Assembly (NCBI GenBank): GCA_028821405.1
Contig: JAPPGK010000117.1
Location: forward strand, 7,398-71,397
Reading direction: 5' to 3'
DNA length: 64,000 bases
DNA from: Gammaproteobacteria bacterium
GTDB lineage: Bacteria > Pseudomonadota > Gammaproteobacteria > Pseudomonadales > Azotimanducaceae
A program made the position numbers and the translations under genes. Shown here piece by piece: positions 48,218 through 57,401 of this stretch. Each line of letters starts with the position of its first letter. The first letter of the stretch is position 1. The notes under the pieces are model-generated. The model worked only from the letters and a program-made list of their open reading frames with translations, had not been told where the DNA came from and did not search any database.

Positions 48218-48793
48218 TCAACTCGCGGGGCGAGGTTTCTCCCCGACAAGAAGGGTCTCGACCCGGACAACGCGTTCTCGCAGTGACCCGATCTCTTCCC
48301 GGATGCTGTCGTGGTTTGCGTTCATCTCCTGGCGCAAGCTGCCGATTTCCTGTCGCAAACCGCCGATCTCGGCCTTCATCCCCTGACGCAAGCCGCCGAT
48401 CTCGGCCTTCATCTCCTGACGCAAACCGCCGACCTCGCTGCGGATCTGGCTGCCGAGATCCTCGCGTACGCTACCGATCTGGGCGTAGAGCTCCCGGATA
48501 ACCGTGGTGTGTAGCTCCCTCATTTCGACGCGCGTGTCGGAAATCTGCTGGTATAGGACACCGAACGCGCCCAGTACCGCAGCGACGAGGAACGTTCCCA
48601 GCCACTTGAACAACCGGAATTCGTTCTGGGTGACGACTTCGGATTGGCCCGATGCCGGACGACCCTCCTCGTCGATTCGGGCAGGTGACGGGGCTGCGGC
48701 TCCTTCCAGCGCGGCCAAGCGCGAAGCCATGCGTTCGATCATCGCATCGAATTCCGTGCGCGAAATCGCCTCGGTGTTCGCCGTCGACGCCAT
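48218..48793 (-). CDS. Membrane-anchored coiled-coil protein with 7/11-residue EIGxLRQ(EMKA) repeats
   Basis: From ATG 48793: MASTANTEAISRTEFDAMIERM..., a central TM (WLGTFLVAAVLGAFGVLY), then a repeat array EVGGLRQEMKAEIGGLRQGMKAEIGGLRQEIGSLRQEM. The track ORF extends to 48964 over a neighbouring gene. Confidence 0.6.
   Translation of the reverse strand: MASTANTEAISRTEFDAMIERMASRLAALEGAAAPSPARIDEEGRPASGQSEVVTQNEFRLFKWLGTFLVAAVLGAFGVLYQQISDTRVEMRELHTTVIRELYAQIGSVREDLGSQIRSEVGGLRQEMKAEIGGLRQGMKAEIGGLRQEIGSLRQEMNANHDSIREEIGSLRERVVRVETLLVGEKPRPAS
48329..48436. repeat. In-frame 21/33-bp tandem repeats inside the coiled-coil gene
   Basis: The core ctgNcgcaaRcYgccgaYYtc recurs at 48329, 48350, 48383 and 48416. 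The 48350 and 48383 33-bp units differ at 3 positions. Confidence 0.85.
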
Positions 48794-48914
48794 CGTCCGT
48801 TTGCCTAGCGTTCCCAACTCGGACTCTGCGTGTTTCCCCGTATCCGCGCAATGCCAAATCGGCAATGGCGGGCATCCAAATACGTATTTGCCCGTATTTG
48901 ATATTGCAGTGCTG

Positions 48915-49973
48915 TCAGGCGAGCCGCGCGAAGACCACCGCCGAGTCCACTGCCAAGTCGACATTCGGCGACGCGATGTCTTGGCGCCACCAAAGGGCCT
49001 TGATCGAATGACCGGCGACGTTCAGGTGGTACACCGACTCGCCACCTAGCCGTTCGATGCCAACCACCTCCGCGGCGATGCCACCCGTATCCACGATGGC
49101 GACTTCTTCCGGGCGGACGCCAAAGGTGCACGGTCCATCCGCGACGTCGAGATGTTCGGGGAGAGCGAAGGCGAGGTCTCCTGCGACGAATCGGCCGTCG
49201 CGGACGATACCGTCGATGAGATTCATCGGTGGCGTCCCGAGGAAGGACGCCACGAAAGCGTTGGCTGGACGGTGGTACGCCGTGAGCGGTGTCGCGTGCT
49301 GTTGCAGGCAGCCACCGTCGAGGATCGCGATGCGATCCGCCAAGGTCATCGCTTCCACCTGGTCGTGGGTGACGTAGTAGATCGTCGTCGTGCCGTGCTG
49401 TTCGTGCAGGCGTCGCAGTTCGATGCGCATCTGGCCGCGCAGCTTGGCGTCTAAGTTGGATAGCGGCTCATCCATGAGTAACACCTTAGGCCGCCGCACG
49501 AGTGCGCGCCCAATGGCGACGCGCTGGCGCTGGCCGCCGGAGAGGTCGCGGGGTTTCTTCTCGAGTTCGGTGGCGAGGCCGAGCATGTCCACGGCTTCGT
49601 CGACCCTCGCGGCGATCTCGGCCGCCTCGAGCCGCTCGCCGCGACGTGCCATGCGCAGGCCGAAGGAGAGGTTCTCCGCGACGGTCATGTGCGGATAGAG
49701 GGCGTAGGACTGGAACACCATGCCAAGGCCCCGGGCACCCGGCGGCAGGTCGTTGACCTTGGCGCCGCCGATGCGGATCTCGCCCTCGGTGATCTCCTCG
49801 AGGCCCGCGAGCATGCGCAAGGTCGTGGATTTGCCACAGCCGGAAGGACCTAGGAGAACGAGGAACTCCCCCGCGTCCACCGTGAGATCGAGCGCATCCA
49901 CCGCCAACGTGCCATCGTCGTAGCGTTTGGTGACGCCTTGGAAGACAACGTCGCGACTCGCCTCGATGGCCAT
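48915..49973 (-). CDS. Sugar-type ABC transporter ATP-binding protein (MalK/UgpC family)
   Basis: 352 aa. [47 protein letters not shown] and a C-terminal TOBE/MalK regulatory domain. Confidence 0.92.
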   Translation of the reverse strand: MAIEASRDVVFQGVTKRYDDGTLAVDALDLTVDAGEFLVLLGPSGCGKSTTLRMLAGLEEITEGEIRIGGAKVNDLPPGARGLGMVFQSYALYPHMTVAENLSFGLRMARRGERLEAAEIAARVDEAVDMLGLATELEKKPRDLSGGQRQRVAIGRALVRRPKVLLMDEPLSNLDAKLRGQMRIELRRLHEQHGTTTIYYVTHDQVEAMTLADRIAILDGGCLQQHATPLTAYHRPANAFVASFLGTPPMNLIDGIVRDGRFVAGDLAFALPEHLDVADGPCTFGVRPEEVAIVDTGGIAAEVVGIERLGGESVYHLNVAGHSIKALWWRQDIASPNVDLAVDSAVVFARLA

Positions 49974-49976
49974 GAC

Positions 49977-51128
49977 CTACCCCTTTACTCCGCCGAAACT
50001 CAACCCCTGCACCAGCGGCTTTTGGAACAGGACGAATAGGATCACCACCGGCACGCTAACCAGGATGCTGGCCGCCGCGAAGTCACCCCAGCGCTGGCCG
50101 TTGGCCGGGATCATCGACGCCAAACCCACGGGTAGCGTGTATTGCTCGTTGGAGGTGTTGAAGACCAGGGCGAGGAGGAACTCGTTCCAAGCCGCGAGGA
50201 ACGAGAACAATGCTGTCACGGCGACCGCGGGCAGCGATAACGGCAGCACGATGCGCCGGAACACCTGCACCTGGGTGCAACCGTCGAGCAGCGCGGCTTC
50301 CTCCAGTTCCCGGGGCACGGTGTCGAAGAACCCCTTCAGCATCCACACGCAGAGCGGCAGCGCGGTCACCGAGTAGGCGAGGATCAGGCCGATGCTGGTG
50401 TTCAGGAGGCCGAGCGTCTTCATGACCATGAAATAGGGCACCAGGATGATGACGCCGGGGAACATCTGCACCAGGAGCACCGCGAACATGGCCTGGGATC
50501 GGCCCGAGAACTTGAAGCGGCTGAAGGCGTAGCCCGCCGGGATCGCGAACGCAAGCCCGAGCATCGTGGTTCCGGTCGCCACGGTCAGCGAGTTGCGGGT
50601 CCAGAGCCAGAACGACTCGCCGACGAGGAGCCGCTCGAAGTGTTCCAGGGTGAACGCATCGCCGATCGCGCCCCCGAGCGCGTTGCCGGGGGATATGGCG
50701 ACATCGACGATCCAGACCACGGGCACGACCACCAACGCGGCGGCGTGCCAGAGCAGGAGGTGGGTGCCGAAGGACTCGAGCCGAGGCACCAGTCGACGGT
50801 GCCGGGCGAGTCCGGCGGCGGCATTCTCGCCGTCTACTTGGCCTGCGAACCAAACCCGGACCTCTTGGGAGAGAAGCCAATAGAGCGTCAAACCACCGGG
50901 CCCGATCAGCCACGCCCTTGAGAAGAGGTCGTAGAACGAAAAGGACGATCGCACGAGCGACAGCAACCCGATGGCCAATGCGGACAAGGACACGAACACC
51001 GCCGGCAGCCAGCGACGGAGGAACGTCACTGCCACGGGCCGGTACCAGCGGATGGCGATGTCGTCGTAGCTGTCGCGGGGCGCGTTCACGCGATTGCGGA
51101 ACCGCAATCTGTACGTTCCCCGGGACAT
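49977..51128 (-). CDS. Carbohydrate ABC transporter permease (MalG/UgpE-like) with an atypical about 100-aa N-terminal extension
   Basis: The C-terminal 280 aa match the MalG pattern, including the EAA loop EEAALLDGCTQVQVFRRIVLPLSLPA. The N-terminal extension overlaps a LacI fragment on the other strand, so the true start may be internal. Confidence 0.8.
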   Translation of the reverse strand: MSRGTYRLRFRNRVNAPRDSYDDIAIRWYRPVAVTFLRRWLPAVFVSLSALAIGLLSLVRSSFSFYDLFSRAWLIGPGGLTLYWLLSQEVRVWFAGQVDGENAAAGLARHRRLVPRLESFGTHLLLWHAAALVVVPVVWIVDVAISPGNALGGAIGDAFTLEHFERLLVGESFWLWTRNSLTVATGTTMLGLAFAIPAGYAFSRFKFSGRSQAMFAVLLVQMFPGVIILVPYFMVMKTLGLLNTSIGLILAYSVTALPLCVWMLKGFFDTVPRELEEAALLDGCTQVQVFRRIVLPLSLPAVAVTALFSFLAAWNEFLLALVFNTSNEQYTLPVGLASMIPANGQRWGDFAAASILVSVPVVILFVLFQKPLVQGLSFGGVKG

Positions 51129-51417
51129 CTCGGTGGTCGGCTTCGACGATCTCCCGTCGATCGCCTACACGACGCCGGCCCTCACCACCGTGCGCCAAGA
51201 CACGGCAACCGCCGGCCACGTGCTCGTCGAGACCCTGCTCGCCCTCATTCGAGGAGACGACGTGGTTTCCCGGCTCCTGCCACCCGAGCTGATCGTGCGT
51301 CAATCCAGCCGGCAGCTGCGCGCCGAACAGGCGGCATCAAGCCGAGCCGGTCCACGGCCAGCCGACGCCGAACGGCCCGACAACGCTGCGCCGGACGTGC
51401 GACGCCACCGCCGATGA
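51094..51417 (+). pseudogene. C-terminal fragment of a LacI-family transcriptional regulator (no HTH, no N-subdomain)
   Basis: VPRDISVVGFDDLPSIAYTTPALTTVRQDTATAGHVLVETLLALIRGD...PELIVRQSS is the last ~70 aa of a LacI/GalR-type protein. The region where its N-terminus should be is occupied by the permease gene on the opposite strand. Confidence 0.6.
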
Positions 51418-51462
51418 CGGGATCCCCAAGCCGCGCCCGCTGGCCGCGTTATCATCCCGCCC

Positions 51463-52242
51463 ATGGCAGATTCACCGGCTCACGTACGACCGTTCCTCGG
51501 CCTTGAGGGTCCGCTCGCGATCGCCCATCGAGGCGGCGGTGCCGAACGGCCGGAAAACACGATGGCCGCCTTCGAACATGCGGTGGAACTGGGCTACCAC
51601 TGCGTCGAGACCGATGTTCGGGCGACCCGGGACCGCGTGGTGGTCGTCTACCACGACGAGGATCTAGACCGCCTGACCAACCACACCGGACCCATTGCGG
51701 CCCGGGACTGGCGGGATCTCAAGACCGTGCGCGTCGACGGTACCGAGGCCATCCCTCGACTCGAGGACGTGCTCGGCGCCTGGCCGGACCTCCGCCTCAC
51801 CGTCGACCCCAAGTGCGACGATGTCGTCGCCCCGCTGATCGAGGTGTTTCGCCGCACCGGCGCCCGCGACCGCGTCTGCGTCGGTTCGTTTTCGGCGCAC
51901 CGCCTTCGGTGGATCCGTACCGACGCCCCCGGCTACACGTCGTGCAGTCCGTTCGAGGTAGTCCGGATGCGTGCCGAATCCTGGACCTTTCCCTTCGGTT
52001 CGCTGGCACCCGATTGCGCCCAGGTGCCGCCACGTCAGACGATCTTTGGCAACATTTCGATCCCCGTGGTCGATGCGGCGTTCGTTCGTGCCGCCCATGC
52101 CCGCGGGATGCCGGTGCAGGTCTGGACCGTTGACGAAGAAGCGGAGATGGAACGCTTGCTCGACCTCGGCGTGGACGGCGTGATGAGCGACTACGCGACG
52201 ACGCTCAAGGCCGTATTCGAACGTCGCAACCTTTGGCGTTGA
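51463..52242 (+). CDS. Glycerophosphodiester phosphodiesterase family protein
   Basis: 259 aa. LAIAHRGGGAERPENTMAAFEHAVELGYHCVETDVRATRDRVVVVYHDEDLDR is the GDPD catalytic motif set. Confidence 0.9.
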   Translation: MADSPAHVRPFLGLEGPLAIAHRGGGAERPENTMAAFEHAVELGYHCVETDVRATRDRVVVVYHDEDLDRLTNHTGPIAARDWRDLKTVRVDGTEAIPRLEDVLGAWPDLRLTVDPKCDDVVAPLIEVFRRTGARDRVCVGSFSAHRLRWIRTDAPGYTSCSPFEVVRMRAESWTFPFGSLAPDCAQVPPRQTIFGNISIPVVDAAFVRAAHARGMPVQVWTVDEEAEMERLLDLGVDGVMSDYATTLKAVFERRNLWR

Positions 52243-52363
52243 GCCGGTGACCCGCGTACCGCACGGACACCGCGCAACCAAGGTCCGGGCGCGGCTTCGG
52301 CAGAGGACGAAGATCGACATCGCTGCGCTCGACGCCGCAGCCAACCCATAGAGGAACCTACTT

Positions 52364-52729
52364 ATGCCCTATATCGATGGTTTCGTGATTGCGGTGCCCA
52401 CCGCGAACAAAGCGTGGTTCGTCGACCATTCCGCCGCCACCGACGCGCTGTTCAAGGAGTTTGGCGCCAGCCGCGTCGTCGAGTGCTGGGGCGACGACGT
52501 CCCCGATGGCAAAGTCACAGACTTCCGCAAGGCGGTGCAGGCCAAGGACGACGAGACGGTGGTGTTTTCCTGGATCGAATGGCCGGACAAGGCGACCCGA
52601 GATGCCGGGATGGCCCGGTTTCACGAACGGGCGCAGACCGACAGCAGTTTCGACATCGAGCAGAATCCCGTGCCGTTCGACGGCGCGCGGATGATCTTCG
52701 GCGGTTTCTCCGCAGTGGTCGAACTCTGA
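52364..52729 (+). CDS. DUF1428 domain-containing protein
   Basis: 121 aa. MPYIDGFVIAVP...VVFSWIEWPDKATRD...PFDGARMIFGGF is the characteristic DUF1428 pattern. Confidence 0.85.
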   Translation: MPYIDGFVIAVPTANKAWFVDHSAATDALFKEFGASRVVECWGDDVPDGKVTDFRKAVQAKDDETVVFSWIEWPDKATRDAGMARFHERAQTDSSFDIEQNPVPFDGARMIFGGFSAVVEL

Positions 52730-52742
52730 CGCGGACAATTGC

Positions 52743-53759
52743 ATGTCCGACCTGGCGACCTTTGTCCGCAAACTGCCGAAAGCAGAATTGCATCTGCACA
52801 TCGAGGGTGCGCTTGAACCGGAGCTGGCTTTCGCCATCGCCGAGCGAAACGACATCGCGTTGCCTTATTCCTCGGTTGACGAACTGCGCGCCGCGTACCG
52901 TTTCGCGAACCTCCAGGAGTTCCTGGATGTCTACTACGCGTGCGCCGGTGTGCTCGTGGAGTCCCAGGATTTCTACGACCTGACGTGGTCGTACCTCGAA
53001 CGCGCCCGGACCGACAACGTCCGCCACGCCGAGATCTTCTTCGATCCCCAGACCCACACCGCCCGCGGCGTCGAGTTCGCGACCGTGGTCGACGGCATCT
53101 CGTGGGCGCTCGACGATGCCCGCGACAAACTGGGTCTGACATCCCGCTTGATCCTGTGCTTCCTGCGCCACCTCGATGAAGCGTGCGCACTCGAGACGCT
53201 GGCTGCCGCCATGTCGTACCGGGACCGGATCGCCGGCGTGGGACTCGATTCCGGAGAACGCGGCAACCCCCCACGAAAGTTCGCCGAGGTGTTCCGCCGC
53301 GCCCGCGACGCGGGATTCGTTCCCGTCGCCCACGCCGGCGAAGAAGGCCCGGCGGAGTATGTCCGGGAAGCGCTGGAGGTTCTCGAGGTCGTGAGGATCG
53401 ACCATGGCAACAACGCCCTGGACGATCCCGGGGTGGTCGCGGAACTCCTACGACGCCGTACGCCGTTGACGGTCTGCCCCTTGAGCAACCTAAAGCTGTG
53501 CGTTGTCGACGACCTGGCATCGCATCCCCTCAAGCGGATGCTCGATCTTGGCCTGTTCGTGACCGTGAACTCGGACGACCCCGCGTATTTCGGGGGTTAT
53601 GTCAATGACAACTACGTCGCGATCGCCAGCGCGCTAGGTCTCGGCAAGGCCGACCTGGTACGGCTGGCCCGCAACTCCTTCGCCGCCTCGTTGCTCCCCG
53701 AGACGGACAAGGCTAGGCTGATCCGTGAACTGGACGCAGTCTCGTCGCCGTTGCGATGA
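52743..53759 (+). CDS. add: Adenosine/adenine deaminase family protein
   Basis: 338 aa. LPKAELHLHIEGALEP..., HAGEEGP..., RIDHG..., VNSDDPAYFGG metal and catalytic motifs. Confidence 0.92.
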   Translation: MSDLATFVRKLPKAELHLHIEGALEPELAFAIAERNDIALPYSSVDELRAAYRFANLQEFLDVYYACAGVLVESQDFYDLTWSYLERARTDNVRHAEIFFDPQTHTARGVEFATVVDGISWALDDARDKLGLTSRLILCFLRHLDEACALETLAAAMSYRDRIAGVGLDSGERGNPPRKFAEVFRRARDAGFVPVAHAGEEGPAEYVREALEVLEVVRIDHGNNALDDPGVVAELLRRRTPLTVCPLSNLKLCVVDDLASHPLKRMLDLGLFVTVNSDDPAYFGGYVNDNYVAIASALGLGKADLVRLARNSFAASLLPETDKARLIRELDAVSSPLR

Positions 53760-53788
53760 GGCCCACCGACACACCCCAAGGAGGCGCC

Positions 53789-54223
53789 ATGCAAATCGAG
53801 TCGCTCGGCCACGTGGTCATCAAGGTCCGCGACGTGAAACGCTCCGAGGCCTTCTACAACGGCGTTCTGGGTCTACCCATCGCCGCCCGGAGCCGGCGCT
53901 CCCCGATGACGTTTTTCTCGCTGGGCGACCATCACGACTTCGCCATCATGGGTCTCGGCGACGACGCGGAGTCCCCCAGCGGCAATGCCGTCGGTCTAGC
54001 CCACGTCGCGTTCAAGATCGGCGACTCCCTCGATGAACTGAAGGATGCCAAGCGGCATCTCGACGAGGCGGGCATCCCGTGCGCGCCGGTGGATCACGAG
54101 GTCACCCAGTCGCTTTATTTCGCGGATCCCGATGGCAACCAGGTCGAGTTGTACGTGGATGTCTCGGATGCCTGGAAGCAGGAACCCCAGCGCGTGGCCC
54201 AGTCGTCAAGACTCGAAATCTGA
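53789..54223 (+). CDS. VOC-family (glyoxalase/bleomycin-resistance/extradiol dioxygenase) protein
   Basis: AAGGAGG lies 5 nt before ATG 53789. MQIESLGHVVIKVRDVKRSEAFYNGVLGL...HVAFKI...SLYFADPDGNQVELY. Confidence 0.85.
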   Translation: MQIESLGHVVIKVRDVKRSEAFYNGVLGLPIAARSRRSPMTFFSLGDHHDFAIMGLGDDAESPSGNAVGLAHVAFKIGDSLDELKDAKRHLDEAGIPCAPVDHEVTQSLYFADPDGNQVELYVDVSDAWKQEPQRVAQSSRLEI

Positions 54224-54269
54224 CGGCGAGGCATGCCGATTGGGTCAGACCCACGCGCGTCCGGTCGGA

Positions 54270-55142
54270 TTACCGACGCAATCGCCGCTCTAGCGCCGCG
54301 ATACGACGTTCCGCTGCTTCCCGGGCCGCCGTTTCTTCGGCCAAGCGCTCCTCGGCGGCGCTGGCGCGCGTCTCGGCGGCGCTGGCGCGCGTCTCGGCGG
54401 CGCTGGCTCGCGTCTCGGCGGCGCTGGCCCGCGACTCGGCGGCACGCCGCATCGCTTCCGACTCCACGTGGTCCGGCAGAATCTCGCCCGTCGCGGGATC
54501 GCGGAACCGGAGCAGCCGCCCCCAGGCGAAGAGGTCGAGGCCGAGAACGCCGCTCCGGAATTCGCCGGACGGTGACGGTGCGATCCGCGTCCGGGTCCCC
54601 GTGCGGCCAAGTCGCCAGCCTTCCAATGGCGGACCGCCATCGGTGCGGACACCGCGCGGGTCGAAGGTCCAGTACTCCCGAACGCCGAGTTCCGCGTAAA
54701 GCGCGGGCTTCCTCTCGATGTCGTTGCGCCAGTTTTCCGCCGACAGCACCTCGAGCACGAAGTCGGGCGCCTTGCCTTCCTCCCAATGCTTGTACGACTG
54801 CCTCGGTCCGCTCGGCGGCCCGAACGCCACGAGGACATCCGGAACGACCGCCGCCCGCCGGTTGCCCTCTTCCAGGAACAGAAACTTGTCGGTCGACGCG
54901 TAGACTTCGTGGCCCTCGAAACGCGCGCGAAGGGCACCCTTGGCGTAGCTGAGCACGTCGCCGTGGTAGTCGCCTTCCGACATGGGCTTGGCGTCGCTGA
55001 ACGGGTAGCCGTCTTCGTCACACTCGACCGGCGGCGTCGGTCGGTACAACGCCGCGGCGTGGACGACGGCAAGCGACGGCCGCTCGGCCCTCGCGTCGCC
55101 CCTTTCTCGCGATCCGGTTGGCCGGCGTCTCGTCTGCATCAT
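54270..55142 (-). CDS. Uma2-family (DUF820) PD-(D/E)xK-like endonuclease with C-terminal heptad-repeat tail
   Basis: From ATG 55142. Core VPDVLVAFG...PDFVLEVLSAENWRNDIERKPALYAELGVREYWTFDP is typical of Uma2. The tail is ESRASAA ETRASAA ETRASAA ETRASAA EERLAEE. The track ORF over-extends to 55454. Confidence 0.8.
   Translation of the reverse strand: MMQTRRRPTGSRERGDARAERPSLAVVHAAALYRPTPPVECDEDGYPFSDAKPMSEGDYHGDVLSYAKGALRARFEGHEVYASTDKFLFLEEGNRRAAVVPDVLVAFGPPSGPRQSYKHWEEGKAPDFVLEVLSAENWRNDIERKPALYAELGVREYWTFDPRGVRTDGGPPLEGWRLGRTGTRTRIAPSPSGEFRSGVLGLDLFAWGRLLRFRDPATGEILPDHVESEAMRRAAESRASAAETRASAAETRASAAETRASAAEERLAEETAAREAAERRIAALERRLRR
54351..54450. repeat. In-frame 21-bp tandem repeat (about 4.7 copies) in the Uma2 gene tail
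   Basis: ctcggcggcgctggcgcgcgt at 54351 and 54372, variants at 54393 and 54414, partial copy at 54435. Encodes (E/A)TRASAA heptads on the minus strand. Confidence 0.9.
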
Positions 55143-55305
55143 CGGAACGTACCACAACGCGGTCCCGCTCGGTGTGGGCCGCAAATCATCCAACACAACG
55201 CATCGTCCCCGATAGCGAGATCGCCCATTCGGCCTGTAGGAAATCGCCGTTGCGTGACGAATTTCCGTCAGCGTCGTGGTCCAAACGATAGCCGCCGAGG
55301 CAGTG

Positions 55306-57312
55306 CTAGTCGGCGAGCGCCACGCTGGGCTCAAGCCTCGCCGCTCGAACCGCTGCCACGATGCCCGATGCGAGGCCCGTTGCGACGGCGAGTCCAATGG
55401 CCGCCGGCCAGAACCACGGCGCAAACGAGGTCGGCATGTCGAGCGCGGCACCAACCGCGGGACCGACCGTGAATCCCAAAATGGTGCCAGCGGTCCCGCC
55501 TACCAAGGCCACGGTGCCGGACTCGAACAGGAACTGCCAGACAATGTCGCGGCGGCGGGCGCCCACCGCCCGCCGGATGCCGATCTCACGGGTACGCTGG
55601 CTGACCGAGGCCAGCATCACCGCCATCACGCCAAGTCCGCTGACGATCAGCGCGACGGCACCGATGCCGGCCAGCACCGCGTAGCGCTGACGGGTTGTTT
55701 GGCGGTTGACATCCAGCAAGCTCCGATGCAGCTGCATTTGGAACCCCTCCCTGCCGTGGCGACGCATGAGCAGGTCTCGGATGTCGTCAGCGGTTTCCTG
55801 GACCCTCGCGGCGTTGTGCGCGAAAACGTCGATCGACAGCCGCGCGTCAGGCGGGAACAGCATCGCTTCGGCCGTCCCGAACGGAACGTAGACGACTGTG
55901 CTCATCATAGCGGCCCGATCCGGCGTGTAGTTCGGCCCCGTCATGATCGGATGCGGTGCGAGAACCCCCTTGACCGTGAGGGGGAGGCCGTCGAGCAGCA
56001 GGGTTTCGCCGATTGGGTCCGCCCCCGGCGGGAAGAGGCGTTCTCGCAGACCGGGTCCGATCACGGCGACATGCCGCCGGTATTCGTCGTCCTGCACGCT
56101 CAGGAAGGTGCCCAGTCCGACGGGCCACTCTTCGTACATGAACTCGGGCTGGGAGTCGGTCGCGTCCGCATGCACGCCTGCTTCGACGTTCCGCGTCCCG
56201 TATTGAGCAGTGGCTTTGCGGTAGAGCGACGGCACCGTTGTCCGGACGTTCGGCACCTCGGCCTCGATGGCGCGGGCGTCGGCGACCGCCAAAAGAACGG
56301 GTTCGATGTCGGCTTGCTGAAGACGGTTGTCCTCGAACACGTACCCTGGGCTCTGGACGACCGTGATCCGGTCCAAACCCGCCCGACCGATGGCCTGCTG
56401 AATCGCGACGTAGGTGCCTTGCGCGAAGCCGAGCGCGGTGGTCACCGAAACGATGCCGATGGCGATGCTCAGCGTGCTCAAGGCCGAATGCACCACGCCG
56501 CCTTTGAGCGCTCCGAGGGCCTGTCGAACAGCTGCCCGGAGACTCCCGAGTGGCCCGGCGGCGGCAACGGCGGATTGGGGTGCAATCGCGACGTCGCCTG
56601 CGGGCGGGGTCGGGGTGCCCGTATCGGCTACGATGCGCCCATCCCGCAGTTCGACGTGCCTCGTCGCGTAGGCGGCGACCGCCGGGTCGTGGGAGACGAC
56701 GACCACCGTCTGGCCGCCTGCCGAGAGATTCCTCAGCAGCGTCATGATCTCGTCGCTTTGCTTCGAGTCGAGTGCGCCGGTCGGTTCGTCGGCAAGCAAC
56801 ACCTTCCCGCTGTTCATGAGCGCGCGGGCGATGGCAACGCGTTGCTGCTCGCCCCCGGACAGCTCGCCGGGACGATGGTCGATGCGTGACCCGACGCCTA
56901 GCGAGTCAAGAAGCTCGACCGCACGGCCCCGATCCAACCTCCCGATGTTGGTGTAGGCCGCGGGCAACTCGACGTTCTGGCGTGCGGTCGCGTGCTTGAG
57001 CAGGTTGAAGGATTGGAACGCGAACCCGAAGGTTGCCAAGCGTATGGCGGCAAGCCCAGCGTCGTCCAAGCGGGCGATGTCGTTCCCCGCGAACCGGTAG
57101 GTGCCGCTGGTGGGTCGATCAAGGCAACCGATGATGTTGAGCAGGGTGGACTTGCCTGAACCCGATGCGCCGGTGACGCAAACGAACTCGCCTTGATCGA
57201 TCTGCAGCGATAGCCCGTCGAGGGCGCGGACACGATCACCGCCTTCGTGCTCGAAATCGCGGGTGATGCCCTCCAGCTTGATCAGCGCCCGGGGGGAGGC
57301 GTCTTCGGACAT
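55306..57312 (-). CDS. macB: MacB-type fused ABC ATPase-permease, paralog 2
   Basis: 668 aa. GASGSGKSTLL, LSGGEQQRVAIARA and [11 protein letters not shown]. Periplasmic core (VAVIGPGLRERLFPPGADPIGETLLLDGLPLTVKGVLAPHP) and FtsX (TREIGIRRAVGARRRDI). Confidence 0.92.
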   Translation of the reverse strand: MSEDASPRALIKLEGITRDFEHEGGDRVRALDGLSLQIDQGEFVCVTGASGSGKSTLLNIIGCLDRPTSGTYRFAGNDIARLDDAGLAAIRLATFGFAFQSFNLLKHATARQNVELPAAYTNIGRLDRGRAVELLDSLGVGSRIDHRPGELSGGEQQRVAIARALMNSGKVLLADEPTGALDSKQSDEIMTLLRNLSAGGQTVVVVSHDPAVAAYATRHVELRDGRIVADTGTPTPPAGDVAIAPQSAVAAAGPLGSLRAAVRQALGALKGGVVHSALSTLSIAIGIVSVTTALGFAQGTYVAIQQAIGRAGLDRITVVQSPGYVFEDNRLQQADIEPVLLAVADARAIEAEVPNVRTTVPSLYRKATAQYGTRNVEAGVHADATDSQPEFMYEEWPVGLGTFLSVQDDEYRRHVAVIGPGLRERLFPPGADPIGETLLLDGLPLTVKGVLAPHPIMTGPNYTPDRAAMMSTVVYVPFGTAEAMLFPPDARLSIDVFAHNAARVQETADDIRDLLMRRHGREGFQMQLHRSLLDVNRQTTRQRYAVLAGIGAVALIVSGLGVMAVMLASVSQRTREIGIRRAVGARRRDIVWQFLFESGTVALVGGTAGTILGFTVGPAVGAALDMPTSFAPWFWPAAIGLAVATGLASGIVAAVRAARLEPSVALAD

Positions 57313-57366
57313 GATTCGGCCCTACTTGGTGGAGTCCACGGGGTAGTGTGCGCGAATGTCCATGAT

Positions 57367-57401
57367 TGCATAATATTGTGCATTGTGCTTACAGTTGTGC
57401 A
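57367..57401. promoter_or_regulatory. Candidate BlaI/MecI/CopY-type operator in the divergent macB-blaI intergenic region
   Basis: AT-rich patch containing TGCATAATATTGTGCA (14/16 palindrome, 57367..57382), three TTGTGC(A/T) repeats, and TACAGTTGTG (57390..57399), which matches 9/10 of the TACAnnTGTA box. Confidence 0.5.

Noticed and set aside
48329-48436. Regularly spaced direct repeats here and at 54351..54450, considered as a possible CRISPR array.
   Set aside because: Units are 21/33 bp, contiguous without unique spacers, and in frame within coding sequences. No cas genes are in the window.
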